Assembly: GCA_041862375.1 (NCBI GenBank)
Contig: JBGVTE010000141.1
Location: forward strand, 83,872 to 147,871
DNA from: Candidatus Aminicenantaceae bacterium
GTDB lineage: Bacteria; Acidobacteriota; Aminicenantia; Aminicenantales; Aminicenantaceae
DNA: 64,000 nucleotides
Direction of reading: 5' to 3'
Made by a program: the position numbers and the translations under genes. Positions 28,074 to 37,587 of this stretch are shown one piece after another. Position 1 is the first letter of the stretch. Each line of letters begins with the position of its first letter. Under the pieces are notes generated by a model. That model searched no databases. It saw only the letters and a program-made list of their open reading frames with translations, and had not been told where the DNA came from.

Positions 28074-30194
28074 TCAATTTGAGCTGAGGATTATTCTGGC
28101 ATCGACTATTGTACATCCTTTTCCTTTCTCATGAACGATCAAAGGATTTAAATCTAATTCTTTGATTATTTCGAAGTCTGTAACAAACTGAGATAATCTC
28201 TTTAAACACTCTTCTATAGCCTGAAGGTCAAAAACCGGCCCGCCCCTAAAACCCTTGAGTATCTTGTGGGTTTTTGTTTTATTAATCATCATTGTGGCGG
28301 TAAGCTCTCGAATGGGTGCCAGCCTGAAAGTGACATCTTCTAAAGCTTCAACGTAAATACCTCCCAAACCAAACATTAATATAGGGCCAAACTGCGGGTC
28401 CCTGTTCATGCCCAGGATCACCTCTTTTCCTTGAGGAGCCATTTCTTCTATGATCATTCCTGTTATGTGAGCTTTTGGTTTTTTGGAGAGGATATCTTTA
28501 ATTATTTCCTTATAAGCGTGGCGGAGTTCACTCTGATTTTTTATGTTGAGCTTTACTCCTCCATAGTCAAATTTATGAAGAATATCAGGTGAGACAATTT
28601 TTAATACTACGGGGAAGCCAATTTTTCGAGACTCTTCCAACGCCTCTCTTTCATTTTTTACAAGAGCAGATTTAATCACTGGAAAATGATAAGCATTGAG
28701 AACCTGATAAGCTTCATATTCAAACAGAGAAAAACGGCCTTCTCGTTTAACGGAGTCGATGATTTTCTGAGCTTTTACTTTGTTTACTTTGAATCTCTTA
28801 ATTCCTGTTTTCGGTCGTTGTAGCCACCACGTATATTTGCTCATTTCAGAAAGTACTCTGGCTGCTGATTCAGGGAACCTGTAATCAGGTATGCCATTTT
28901 CCTCGAGGATTTCGATGCCTTTCGAAACATCGTAGACTCCCAAAAAACAGCATAAAACAGGTTTTTTAAATTGTTTGGATGTTTTTACGATTGAAGTTGC
29001 TATTTTTTCAACGTTGGTTATAGCGGTGGGAGTGAGAATAACTATTGAAGCGTGAACATTTTTATCTTGCAAGATTTTCCTGAGAGTGGCTTCATAGCGA
29101 TCATACTGAGCGTCAGCAATCAGATCAACTGGATTAAGGTAGCTTGCTGTAGGAGGAAGGATTTTCTTCAGAGCACTGCGTGTGTTTGAGCTGAAAGGAG
29201 CTATATTTAAGCCGTAGTGAATACATGAATCTGTCGCAAGGATTCCAGGGCCTCCGGAGTTGGTGACGATGGCTACATTTTTTCCTCGAGGTAGATGCTG
29301 GCTGGAGAAAGCTTTTACATAGTCAAATAATTCCTCAATGGTCTCTACTCTAAGAACACCACACTGATCAAAAATTGCGTCATAAACTCTGTCAGAGCCT
29401 GCTAGAGAACCTGTATGGGAAGAAGCTGCCCTAGCTCCTGACAATGTGCGCCCAGCTTTAAGGGCAATGATAGGCTTGGGTTTTGAGCCATTGCTCGTAA
29501 TTTCACGAGCTATTGACATAAATTTTCTTCCATCAACAAGGTCTTCGAGATACATCATGATAACATCAGTCTTTGGGTCGTTTTTTAAATAGAGTAGAAG
29601 TTCATTCTCGGTAAGACCTGCTTTATTCCCCATGCTGATAAATTTTGAGAAGCCTATATTGGATTCCTTCGCATATTCAAGAATAGCTACACACAGAGCG
29701 CCACTCTGAGAGATAAAAGCTATGTTTCCCTGTTTCGGAAACATCATGCCGAAGGTAGCGTTTAAGGATAACTTGGGATCTGTGTTAATAACACCTAAAC
29801 AATTAGGGCCTACAAGAGAGATATCGTATTCCCTAATGAGTTTTTGGACTTTTTTCTCCAGCTCTACGCCCGATCCGCCTATTTCTTTAAAGCCTGCCGA
29901 AATTATTATGGCGCCTTTAATTCCCTTCTGATTGCATTCCTCTATAATTGAAGGCACGATGTTACTCGGGACTAGGATGACAGCGAGATCAACTTCATCT
30001 GGAATGTCCGTAACTCCTGGGTAGGATTTTATTCCGAGAATACCTTTTGCTTTCGGATTTACAGGATAAACAATCCCTTGAAAGCGGCTGCCAATAACAT
30101 TTGCCAAAAGAGCATGGCCTACACTTTTTGGCTTCCGTGAAGCTCCGATTACAGCTACAGATTTAGGGTAAAAAATAGAGTTTAATTTTTCCAT
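28074..30194 (-). CDS. Acetate--CoA ligase (ADP-forming), fused alpha/beta subunits
   Basis: N-terminal CoA-binding 'SVAVIGASRKPKSVGHALLANV', succinyl-CoA-synthetase-like middle domain, C-terminal ATP-grasp; 706 aa, typical of the fused archaeal-type enzyme. Confidence 0.9.
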   Translation of the reverse strand: MEKLNSIFYPKSVAVIGASRKPKSVGHALLANVIGSRFQGIVYPVNPKAKGILGIKSYPGVTDIPDEVDLAVILVPSNIVPSIIEECNQKGIKGAIIISAGFKEIGGSGVELEKKVQKLIREYDISLVGPNCLGVINTDPKLSLNATFGMMFPKQGNIAFISQSGALCVAILEYAKESNIGFSKFISMGNKAGLTENELLLYLKNDPKTDVIMMYLEDLVDGRKFMSIAREITSNGSKPKPIIALKAGRTLSGARAASSHTGSLAGSDRVYDAIFDQCGVLRVETIEELFDYVKAFSSQHLPRGKNVAIVTNSGGPGILATDSCIHYGLNIAPFSSNTRSALKKILPPTASYLNPVDLIADAQYDRYEATLRKILQDKNVHASIVILTPTAITNVEKIATSIVKTSKQFKKPVLCCFLGVYDVSKGIEILEENGIPDYRFPESAARVLSEMSKYTWWLQRPKTGIKRFKVNKVKAQKIIDSVKREGRFSLFEYEAYQVLNAYHFPVIKSALVKNEREALEESRKIGFPVVLKIVSPDILHKFDYGGVKLNIKNQSELRHAYKEIIKDILSKKPKAHITGMIIEEMAPQGKEVILGMNRDPQFGPILMFGLGGIYVEALEDVTFRLAPIRELTATMMINKTKTHKILKGFRGGPVFDLQAIEECLKRLSQFVTDFEIIKELDLNPLIVHEKGKGCTIVDARIILSSN

Positions 30195-30251
30195 TGTCTG
30201 ATCCTTTCAGTGTATAAAGTGAGAGTTAATTTTTTTGCCTGGCTAAAGTAT

Positions 30252-30971
30252 TTATTCCTTTTGCTGATTCTCTTTTTCCTTTTCTTCAGGAGGATTAAAA
30301 GCTTTTAAGACGTGTTCGAGGAAAGTTTCCTCAGGTACAGCACCTTCCACAGCAGTTTTTTCGTTGATTATTGTCTTGGGAACTCCAAATACGTTGTATT
30401 TTTGTGAAAGATGAGGGAATTCGGAGGATTCTACCATATCAGCCTTTATATGGGGGGATTCGAGTGCGAATTGATGTCCAAGTCTTACAGCCATAGGACA
30501 GTAAGGGCATGTGGGTGTAACAAAAACTTGAATATGTATATCTTTATTAATGGCTTTGAGGGAATCTTTAGTTTTTTGGCTGAGACTGGTTTTTCCTTTT
30601 GAGGCATCTATGATAGCTTCAATGAGACTGGCGTATTCGTATCCAGAGGGAATTCCAAAAAATCTTATTCCAAAATCTTCCTCACCCATCACAACTATTG
30701 CTGGAATTTTATCTATTCCGTACTCTGCGGCTTTTTCCTTGTCTCCCACGAAATCGTATATAGTAAGATTTATTTTGTCTGAAAGAGAGCTTACTTCTTC
30801 GAGGAGCTGTCTTACTTCTTTACAGTAGAGACATTCCTGTCCCTTGAGATGTTCAGGCAGAACCAGCCGGCTTGGTTCCTGAGTGAAAAAGAGGAAAGTA
30901 ACTGGGCTTTCCAGCTCCTCATTAAATTTTTTGGTAGTAGCATCGATAACCTCTTTATTTAACATTTCCAT
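30252..30971 (-). CDS. Glutaredoxin-like protein disulfide oxidoreductase (two thioredoxin-fold units, two CxxC)
   Basis: 'CLYCKE' and 'CPYCPM' active sites in tandem Trx folds, as in the Pyrococcus PDO family. Confidence 0.85.
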   Translation of the reverse strand: MEMLNKEVIDATTKKFNEELESPVTFLFFTQEPSRLVLPEHLKGQECLYCKEVRQLLEEVSSLSDKINLTIYDFVGDKEKAAEYGIDKIPAIVVMGEEDFGIRFFGIPSGYEYASLIEAIIDASKGKTSLSQKTKDSLKAINKDIHIQVFVTPTCPYCPMAVRLGHQFALESPHIKADMVESSEFPHLSQKYNVFGVPKTIINEKTAVEGAVPEETFLEHVLKAFNPPEEKEKENQQKE

Positions 30972-31033
30972 TTGTGTACTCCTGAAATTCTTTTTTTATT
31001 TTAAATTTCTCCGCTCTAAAAATCAATAAACAA

Positions 31034-31056
31034 TGGGGTCAGGCTTTCATAACTTT
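31034..31056 (-). repeat. 23-nt dispersed repeat (rc of 'aaagttatgaaagcctgacccca')
   Basis: Perfect 23/23 match to 52503-52525 on the opposite strand. Confidence 0.5.
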
Positions 31057-31178
31057 GATAATTCTATCAGAATTTATACATTAAGTTCTGACGTTGTTAC
31101 ACAATCAAAAGATTGTAGACATGAAATGCATTAATTAAACAGATTATGAGTTCTTAAAACCTAAGAAAATATGAGAAG

Positions 31179-31547
31179 TTATTGGATTTCTTTTCCGAAT
31201 GGAGTAAGGGCTAGTGAGGCTAATTTTATATGTTGCTTGGCAAAAGGTATTCCTATGATTGTTATTGCACATAAGAAAGCAAAAGCAATATGAGTTAAAG
31301 CAATCCAAATACCTCCAATGAGAATCCAGAAAATATTCAGTATTATGTTTAAGCATCCTGTGTAGGACTCTTTTGCAACGACTTTTTTTCCAAACGGCAC
31401 CAGCGCAAGTATGGATAATTTAAAGCATTGAAATCCAAAGGGAATACCGATTATGGTTAAACACATGATCACGCCGCTAATGAGGTATTCAATAAAAATA
31501 ATGAATCCCCCCAAAATAATCCATAGTATGTTTCCCAAGATACTCAT
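31179..31547 (-). CDS. yccF: YccF-family (DUF307) inner-membrane protein
   Basis: Internal duplication with 'TIIGIPFGFQCFKLSILALVPFGK' and 'TIIGIPFAKQHIKLASLALTPFGK'. Confidence 0.8.
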   Translation of the reverse strand: MSILGNILWIILGGFIIFIEYLISGVIMCLTIIGIPFGFQCFKLSILALVPFGKKVVAKESYTGCLNIILNIFWILIGGIWIALTHIAFAFLCAITIIGIPFAKQHIKLASLALTPFGKEIQ

Positions 31548-31565
31548 GACTTCCTCCCTGTATCT

Positions 31566-31946
31566 CTACTTAACAGTGAAATACTCTGAAAATGAAACAT
31601 CTTTTCCAGGACTAATGATGTCTTTACAATAGTTATACAAGATAGAACCATAGGCCATCTTTCCATCCAGATTAATTTCTACAATTATATACGAATTTAA
31701 CAGAGATTTGTTTGCCTGCTCATTAAAAATAAAACAAGCGAGGGGAGTATGCGGTGAATAAGGTCGTGTGAAGGAAAGCTTGGGCAGTGGATTCAAAAAC
31801 ACGCAACTTTTTCCCAGCGAGCAAGGGATCAGGATTGTCATTAAGGTGAGCAGTGGAATAGATTTTATGCTTTGGGCATCTTTTCGTAATAAAGCCTGAT
31901 CCCAGAACCATGCCCGCTCAACCTTCAAGCAGTTTTTTACACACAC
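31566..31946 (-). CDS. Hypothetical protein (weak call; 5' part overlaps a repeat region)
   Basis: ORF only; no motif recognised; the upstream third coincides with intergenic repeat sequence. Confidence 0.25.
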   Translation of the reverse strand: MCVKNCLKVERAWFWDQALLRKDAQSIKSIPLLTLMTILIPCSLGKSCVFLNPLPKLSFTRPYSPHTPLACFIFNEQANKSLLNSYIIVEINLDGKMAYGSILYNYCKDIISPGKDVSFSEYFTVK

Positions 31947-32124
31947 ATGCGGGGTCTCAGGCTTCGTTATTCATGTTACGCCAGGGGCTAGATTCTTGCT
32001 TTCGGCTTCCATTCCTGATGAAGCCTGATCCCAGAGTCGCTGGGACAAAGCGAGCGTGCCTTAAGCCGCATACTTCATCACAGATGACTGCTTTAGCTCC
32101 TATCAGAGAAAGAAGGATGCTCAC
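31899..32124. repeat. Composite intergenic repeat region (copy B of the 6441-6551 element plus 'aagcctgatcccaga' direct repeats)
   Basis: 'aagcctgatcccaga' at 31899-31913 and 32021-32035. The core at 32048-32124 ('aagcgagcgtgccttaagccgcatac...atgactgctttagctc...gaaagaaggatgctcac') matches 6475-6551. Confidence 0.45.
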
Positions 32125-32176
32125 ATATATTAAATATATTACATATATTAATAAGTTTTTGAAGAAGAACGCAGAA

Positions 32177-33535
32177 ATGGGGTATAATCCTATGTTTTTT
32201 AAAATGAGTTACTATTGGATAAAATGTCTGGTATTTTTTCTTTGCCTTAATCTCGCTTCATTCTTAGCTATTGCAAAACCTAATGATTCAAATGGACAAG
32301 AGGGAAAAGCTGAAGTAACTGTTGAGCTTGGCATCGATTCTTTAGAGAGAAAGTATTACAGACCTCAGCTCAGGTTTGACATACCCTTGAAATTTGGTCT
32401 TCTCTTTCTTGAGTCGATGTATTACCAGAGAATAAACAGTAAGCTTCAAGGTGAAGTTGATTTCTGGCTCCGGGCAGGTTTGATGAGAAACATCTCAGAT
32501 AGTGTTACTTTTGAAGCTAGCGCTAACCATATGTGCAGGCACTATTTTTCCAGATATTATCCAGATGCTTATGATTTCAATGAATTAATAGGCAGGTTCT
32601 GGCTCGAGAAAAAGAGGTATATACTAGGTTTCGGCCTGGGAACCTATTTCGGAGGAACTGCTGATTATAAGGGCTTAGCGGTTTTTAATTGTCAATTGCC
32701 AAGCATTCTTGACTCAGAGTTTTCTTTATCCGCTGAGATAAAGCTCGTGAACTTCGATGAGATTGTCTATGAGTTGGAGATTTCTGCAGCTTTAGACGAA
32801 AGTGCAGATTTATTTGTTAGGAACACCAAGCATTATGAATACAGGAACACAACTTATATAGGGATGAGGTTTAAATCAGGAGAAAATGGAAATAGCCCTG
32901 TTGATTATATGAGGTTTGGCGCTGGTTTTTATCCCTTTGATGACGACTATCAGGCTGTTGTTACAAAAAAAGTTATATTTGAATTCTTCAAAAATACCCA
33001 TACCAGAGCGCTTTTCACTCTCGATACTGTAATTCCTGTACTGCGCAGCAGGGTTTTTCTGCGCAGGTTTAAGCCTGAACAAATTAGACATCCTCTATCA
33101 GTAGAGTATGAAAAGAAAGCCACTGATAATCTTTTTGTATATGGCTACTGCGAGTACGATCTTGTGATGCCGATTGATGAAGATCTCGAATTTGAGTCAA
33201 GCCTAGGAATTGGTGCTGGACTAAGAAACCAGTACAACTTTGATTTGCTTATAAGGAAATTCAGGTTCGAATTTTACGGTGGCTATAATTTCACCCATAA
33301 TTATGACTTTGGAGCTAACATTGGCTACAATACTGTACAGAAACCTTTTAATGTTGGTTTGGAGGTACATCTGAGATTCAATTCTGAAAAATCACAAAAT
33401 ATTTTTAGATTTTTTTGTGAGTTTGGGAATGAAGTGATGATTCGGCCTTTTGTTGGAGTAGAGCAGATAGTGTATTTTAATTCAGATAAACAATCTAATC
33501 ATAGATTTTTATTTGGCGTTGAATTATTCAAATGA
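32177..33535 (+). CDS. Secreted hypothetical protein (aromatic-rich, possibly OM-associated)
   Basis: Signal peptide ...MSYYWIKCLVFFLCLNLASFLAIA. The start is uncertain (ATGs at 32177/32192/32204); the ORF-track start at 31910 lies in repeat DNA. Confidence 0.6.
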   Translation: MGYNPMFFKMSYYWIKCLVFFLCLNLASFLAIAKPNDSNGQEGKAEVTVELGIDSLERKYYRPQLRFDIPLKFGLLFLESMYYQRINSKLQGEVDFWLRAGLMRNISDSVTFEASANHMCRHYFSRYYPDAYDFNELIGRFWLEKKRYILGFGLGTYFGGTADYKGLAVFNCQLPSILDSEFSLSAEIKLVNFDEIVYELEISAALDESADLFVRNTKHYEYRNTTYIGMRFKSGENGNSPVDYMRFGAGFYPFDDDYQAVVTKKVIFEFFKNTHTRALFTLDTVIPVLRSRVFLRRFKPEQIRHPLSVEYEKKATDNLFVYGYCEYDLVMPIDEDLEFESSLGIGAGLRNQYNFDLLIRKFRFEFYGGYNFTHNYDFGANIGYNTVQKPFNVGLEVHLRFNSEKSQNIFRFFCEFGNEVMIRPFVGVEQIVYFNSDKQSNHRFLFGVELFK

Positions 33536-33660
33536 TATTAACATTTGTTTCCATGAGCCATATAATTTGAGCTTCTTTTCAGAAAATTTTTTTCAGTCAC
33601 CCAATCTTGTCTCTGTTTTTGTCTTTCCTCGCGTAAAACGAAATAGTTACCCTTCCAAAT

Positions 33661-33855
33661 GGGAATATCTCGTTTTCCATGATTGCTATACTCTTTTTAA
33701 GGATGAGTCCTGTCACGGTGCGTCCCCCGTCCATCATCGCTCCACCCATCTCCCAGTGGGGCCCTTCCGCTGCGGGCGTTGCGGGGGAGCGCACTGTGTC
33801 ACCCATCCTCTTTTAATGAGGAAGAGAACCATTACATGGGAAACGAGATACTCAC
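33661..33855. other. GC-rich nested-palindrome element (structured ncRNA or MITE)
   Basis: Outer inverted repeat 'gggaatatctcgttttccatg' (33661-33681) / 'catgggaaacgagatactcac' (33835-33855). Inner inverted repeat 'gtcacggtgcgtcccccg' / 'cgggggagcgcactgtgtcac'. The core is ~65% GC in a ~38% GC genome. Confidence 0.4.
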
Positions 33856-34069
33856 TCTGCCATATAAAAGCTTGTAGCCTTTTAGAGGATATGCTATATT
33901 CAATTTTTGTAATTGGAAATCGGAAATAGTTCTATTTTCAAGAAAATCTTCCATCCGATGAGGATTTTCATTCTTGATTCTGAAATTTCTTATTTTAAAA
34001 ATAAGCGATAAACAAAGAAAGAATACAAGGAAAATAGAGCCATCCCTCAAATCGTAAAAGGAGATAATC

Positions 34070-34510
34070 CTGCTGACGGAAAAAGCTAAAGTAAGCTGCC
34101 TCTATTGCAGCGCTATAAATAATTATCCACTCGATGCAGCAGGGAAAAAGGTGGTGTGTGGCCGTTGTAAAAAAATGCTTCCTGTCCCGGGTGAAGTAAT
34201 CGAGCCTTCGCCAGAACAAGTAGCAAATCTCATCCAGAATTCCGGGTTTCCGCTTCTAATAGATTTTTATTCTCCTACCTGTGCACCCTGCCATATGATG
34301 CATCCTATGGTTAAGTCTCTTGCCAAAAGGAGGCAGGGAGAAATTATGGTTGTAAAATTTAATGTAGACAACTACCCAGAATTAGCAGTTAAATTTGGCA
34401 TTCAAGGCGTTCCCACCTTTGTTATCTTCTACAAAGGTTATGAAAGAGGCAGAACGACTGGAGCGATGGCTGAAGCAGATTTTTCCCTCTGGGTCGCAAG
34501 CAAAGTCTGA
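34070..34510 (+). CDS. trxC: Thioredoxin 2-like (N-terminal CxxC...CxxC zinc-ribbon plus Trx domain)
   Basis: 'VSCLYCSAINNYPLDAAGKKVVCGRCKKML' parallels the TrxC Zn-finger; 'DFYSPTCAPC' is the Trx active site. No in-frame ATG exists between the upstream stop (34055-57) and the Zn-finger. A start at CTG 34070 (after GGAG at 34058-61) is assumed, with GTG 34151 as an alternative. Confidence 0.7.
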   Translation: MLTEKAKVSCLYCSAINNYPLDAAGKKVVCGRCKKMLPVPGEVIEPSPEQVANLIQNSGFPLLIDFYSPTCAPCHMMHPMVKSLAKRRQGEIMVVKFNVDNYPELAVKFGIQGVPTFVIFYKGYERGRTTGAMAEADFSLWVASKV

Positions 34511-34691
34511 TGGATCATATTCGGCCTTTCATAAACAATCACGAGCACTATCTCCTCCTGTCAATTATCAGGGAGCTTCGAGGTGTTGAAATAAATATTA
34601 TATTAATAAATAGATTATAGAATGATGAGGTAACAAAAGTTTAAATATTTTTGTTATAGAATATGAATTCAAAATTATTTGGAGGTTATGG

Positions 34692-36224
34692 ATGAAACAT
34701 TATTTCAAACCCATCACACGAAGAAAGTTTTTAAAAGCAGGAGTTACAGGCGGAGCTGTAATCGCTACGCTCCCAGTCTGGAAACTTTTTTCTTTCACTA
34801 CGCCTTCTTCAGATTTCCATGTCAATCCTGCGATTAATCTTTCCAAGGAAATACTTGAGAAGCTCATTAGGATTGCTCTGGAGCGGGGAGGTGAGTTTGC
34901 AGAAGTTTATTGTGAATACAGTGTGCAAAATCAGATTTATCTCGAGGAAAACAAGATTTACGGAGCTGGAAGAGGAGTGGATATGGGGGTCGGAATTCGA
35001 GTTCTCCACGGTGAAAAAACGGGTTATGCATACTGTGATGATTTAAGTTTTGAAAAATTGAAAAAAACAGCAGAGGTTGCTAGCCATATTGCTGCTGAAG
35101 GGGAATTAAAAGAGTCAGTCGGATTGAAATCTTTCGAAGTTCCATCCTATTACATGGTTAAAACTTCTCCCGACAGTATCACTCCTAAGGATAAGGCAAA
35201 GCTCCTCTGGAAAGCGAACGAGATCGGAAGAGCATATGACAAGAGAATCAACCAAGTTAATGTTGGATTTTCCGATAGCAACAAGAAAATTATCATCGCC
35301 AATTCTGAGGGAACATGGGTTGAAGATATGCAGACAATATCACGACTTCTGGTTAGTATCAATGCTATTGAGGGGAGCAAGAGAAGCCGCGGTTATGCTT
35401 ATAAAGATGGTACATTGGGATATGAGCATTATGATGAAAGCGTAGCTGAAGAGCTGGCAAAAGAAGCAGGAAGAATAACCATCGCCATGCTTCCAGCAGA
35501 AAATGCTCCTGCAGGTGAATATCCAATAGTAATGGCTAAAGGATACTGTGGAACATTTTTCCATGAGGCAATCGGACATAGCTTGGAGAGTGACGGAATC
35601 AGAAAAAAAACTTCCTGTTTCTGGGATAAAAAAGGGGAAAAGATAGCTACAGAGATTGCTTCTCTGGCTGATGATGGGACAGTACCTGGAGCGAGAGGTT
35701 CTATTAATGTTGATGACGAAGGAACCGCAAGTCAGAAGACTATCCTTATCGACAGGGGAATATGCGCCGATTTTCTTTTTGACAGGTTAAACGCCAAATT
35801 AATGAAGGCTAATTTAACAGGTAACGGAAGAAGAGAATCTTATCAACACTATCCTCTTTCCAGAATGACTAACACATACTTGATGCCTGGGGAGGATGAT
35901 CCTGAAGATATTGTAAGATCTGTTAAAAAAGGAATTTATGTAGCTCGAATCGGAGGAGGAAATGTAACCTGGGTAACAGGAAGATTTGTGTTCTCTGTTC
36001 CCGAAGGATACCTAATTGAAGATGGCAAAATCACAAAATCCCTTAAAGGGATCCAACTCATGGGAAGCGGCCCAGAAGTATTAAAGAATATTGTCATGGT
36101 AGGTCCTGACTTAGAAATTTTGGGCGGAGGGACCTGTGGCAAAGATGGACAGGGAAAACCAGTTTCTGATGGGAATCCAACCTTGAAAGTTTCCAAAATA
36201 ACCATCGGTGGCGCAAAGGTTTAA
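34692..36224 (+). CDS. tldD: TldD-family metalloprotease with Tat signal
   Basis: Tat motif 'TRRKFLKAGVTGGAVIA'; 'FHEAIGHSLE' HExxxH active site. Confidence 0.9.
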   Translation: MKHYFKPITRRKFLKAGVTGGAVIATLPVWKLFSFTTPSSDFHVNPAINLSKEILEKLIRIALERGGEFAEVYCEYSVQNQIYLEENKIYGAGRGVDMGVGIRVLHGEKTGYAYCDDLSFEKLKKTAEVASHIAAEGELKESVGLKSFEVPSYYMVKTSPDSITPKDKAKLLWKANEIGRAYDKRINQVNVGFSDSNKKIIIANSEGTWVEDMQTISRLLVSINAIEGSKRSRGYAYKDGTLGYEHYDESVAEELAKEAGRITIAMLPAENAPAGEYPIVMAKGYCGTFFHEAIGHSLESDGIRKKTSCFWDKKGEKIATEIASLADDGTVPGARGSINVDDEGTASQKTILIDRGICADFLFDRLNAKLMKANLTGNGRRESYQHYPLSRMTNTYLMPGEDDPEDIVRSVKKGIYVARIGGGNVTWVTGRFVFSVPEGYLIEDGKITKSLKGIQLMGSGPEVLKNIVMVGPDLEILGGGTCGKDGQGKPVSDGNPTLKVSKITIGGAKV

Positions 36225-36234
36225 AAGGAGGTGC

Positions 36235-37581
36235 ATGATGGATTATAAATTATTAGCAGAAAAAATTGTAAAAGAGGCAATAAATTCAGGAGCAGAAGAG
36301 GCAGAGGCATACGTAGAGAATGAAAGAGAATTTGAGCTTTCCATCAGGAATGGCGATGTAGAAAACATAAAACAGGCGACATCTAAAGGGATAGGGTTGA
36401 CAGTTTTTAAAGAAAAAAAGCTTGGATTTTCTTATACATCTGATTTTTCAGAGCAATCCCTTAAAGAATTCATTAAGAAAACCATTCAACTCTCACTTGT
36501 TGCTGACTCGAAGCCATGGAATGGTCTACCAGATTTCGAAAAAGGGAAGACAAGGGATTTTGATTTATACGATACTTCAATTCCTGAAATTCTAGATGAA
36601 AAGAAAATAAAGATTGCCAAGGAAGTAGAGAGAATTGCCCTTGCCTATGACAAGAGAATTACCAAGACAGATGGAGGATACTTCGGAGACTCTGAGAGAG
36701 AGACAATAATTGTCAATTCCAAAGGAATTTCTCATTCATGCAAAAGAACAGGAGTCTATTTTGGCGTATCAGTAGTGGCAGGAGAAGGAAATGAGATGCA
36801 GTCTGGAGGCTGGGGAAGCTCGAAGAGGCACTTTAAAGACTTGGATAGTATCGAGTTCGTTGCCAAAAAAGCTGGTAAGAGAGCGGTTGAAAAACTTGGA
36901 GCAAAACCTGTTCCTACCCAAAAAGCACCTGCTGTTTTTGACCGTTATTCATCAGCTGCATTCTGGGCTGGAATCTTGTTTGCTATGAATGGAGATAGTG
37001 TTTACAAGAAAACCACATTCCTGACCGATTATCTTAACAAGCCCATTGCTTCTGAGTTAATAACAGTCGTAGATGATCCAACTATCCTGAGGCATGTTTC
37101 CTCTATTCCTTTTGACGGAGAAGGAAACATAACCAGAAAGAATATTCTCATTGACAAGGGAATTCTTAAGATGTTCATCTACGATTCAATCACTGCTCGA
37201 AAGGCTGGTGTCAAAGTCAATACTATGGCTCGAAGGGGCAGCTTCCGCTCTCCAGCATCCGCCAGTTTTTTGAATGTTATAGTTCAGAATGGCGATGAAG
37301 GTCGTGAGAAAATTATCTCTGGGATAAAAAATGGTTTTTATGTAACAGGGCTCAGAGGAATTGGTACTGATATTCCTACCGGAAATTATTCCTGCGGTTC
37401 TTCAGGATTTTGGATAAAGGACGGGGAGATTGCATTTCCTGTAGATGGTGTTACCCTTGGAGGAAATGTACTTGATATACTTAAGAATATTGAAGTTGTG
37501 GCTGATGACCTTGACATGAGAGGAGGCTTGAACAGCCCCACGTTTAAAATATCTGAGATGGCAATCGGAGGGAAAAAGTAA
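36235..37581 (+). CDS. pmbA: PmbA/TldE-family protein (TldD partner)
   Basis: Homologous fold to the tldD product without HExxxH. RBS aaaaggagg then ATG at 36235; the ORF-track start at 36208 overlaps tldD. Confidence 0.85.
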   Translation: MMDYKLLAEKIVKEAINSGAEEAEAYVENEREFELSIRNGDVENIKQATSKGIGLTVFKEKKLGFSYTSDFSEQSLKEFIKKTIQLSLVADSKPWNGLPDFEKGKTRDFDLYDTSIPEILDEKKIKIAKEVERIALAYDKRITKTDGGYFGDSERETIIVNSKGISHSCKRTGVYFGVSVVAGEGNEMQSGGWGSSKRHFKDLDSIEFVAKKAGKRAVEKLGAKPVPTQKAPAVFDRYSSAAFWAGILFAMNGDSVYKKTTFLTDYLNKPIASELITVVDDPTILRHVSSIPFDGEGNITRKNILIDKGILKMFIYDSITARKAGVKVNTMARRGSFRSPASASFLNVIVQNGDEGREKIISGIKNGFYVTGLRGIGTDIPTGNYSCGSSGFWIKDGEIAFPVDGVTLGGNVLDILKNIEVVADDLDMRGGLNSPTFKISEMAIGGKK

Positions 37582-37587
37582 TAGCAA

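Noticed and set aside
33661-33855. SRP (4.5S) RNA or RNase P RNA as the identity of the GC-rich palindrome
   Set aside because: Neither the SRP domain-IV 'GGAAGCAGCCA'-type motif nor RNase P conserved stretches are present; it is kept as an unclassified structured element instead.
33513-34219. Several 60-140-aa ORFs (33513..33929 +, 33597..33806 -, 33832..34050 -, 33995..34219 -)
   Set aside because: They overlap the palindromic GC-rich element, or run antisense to the trxC leader and Zn-finger region, and have no coding signal.
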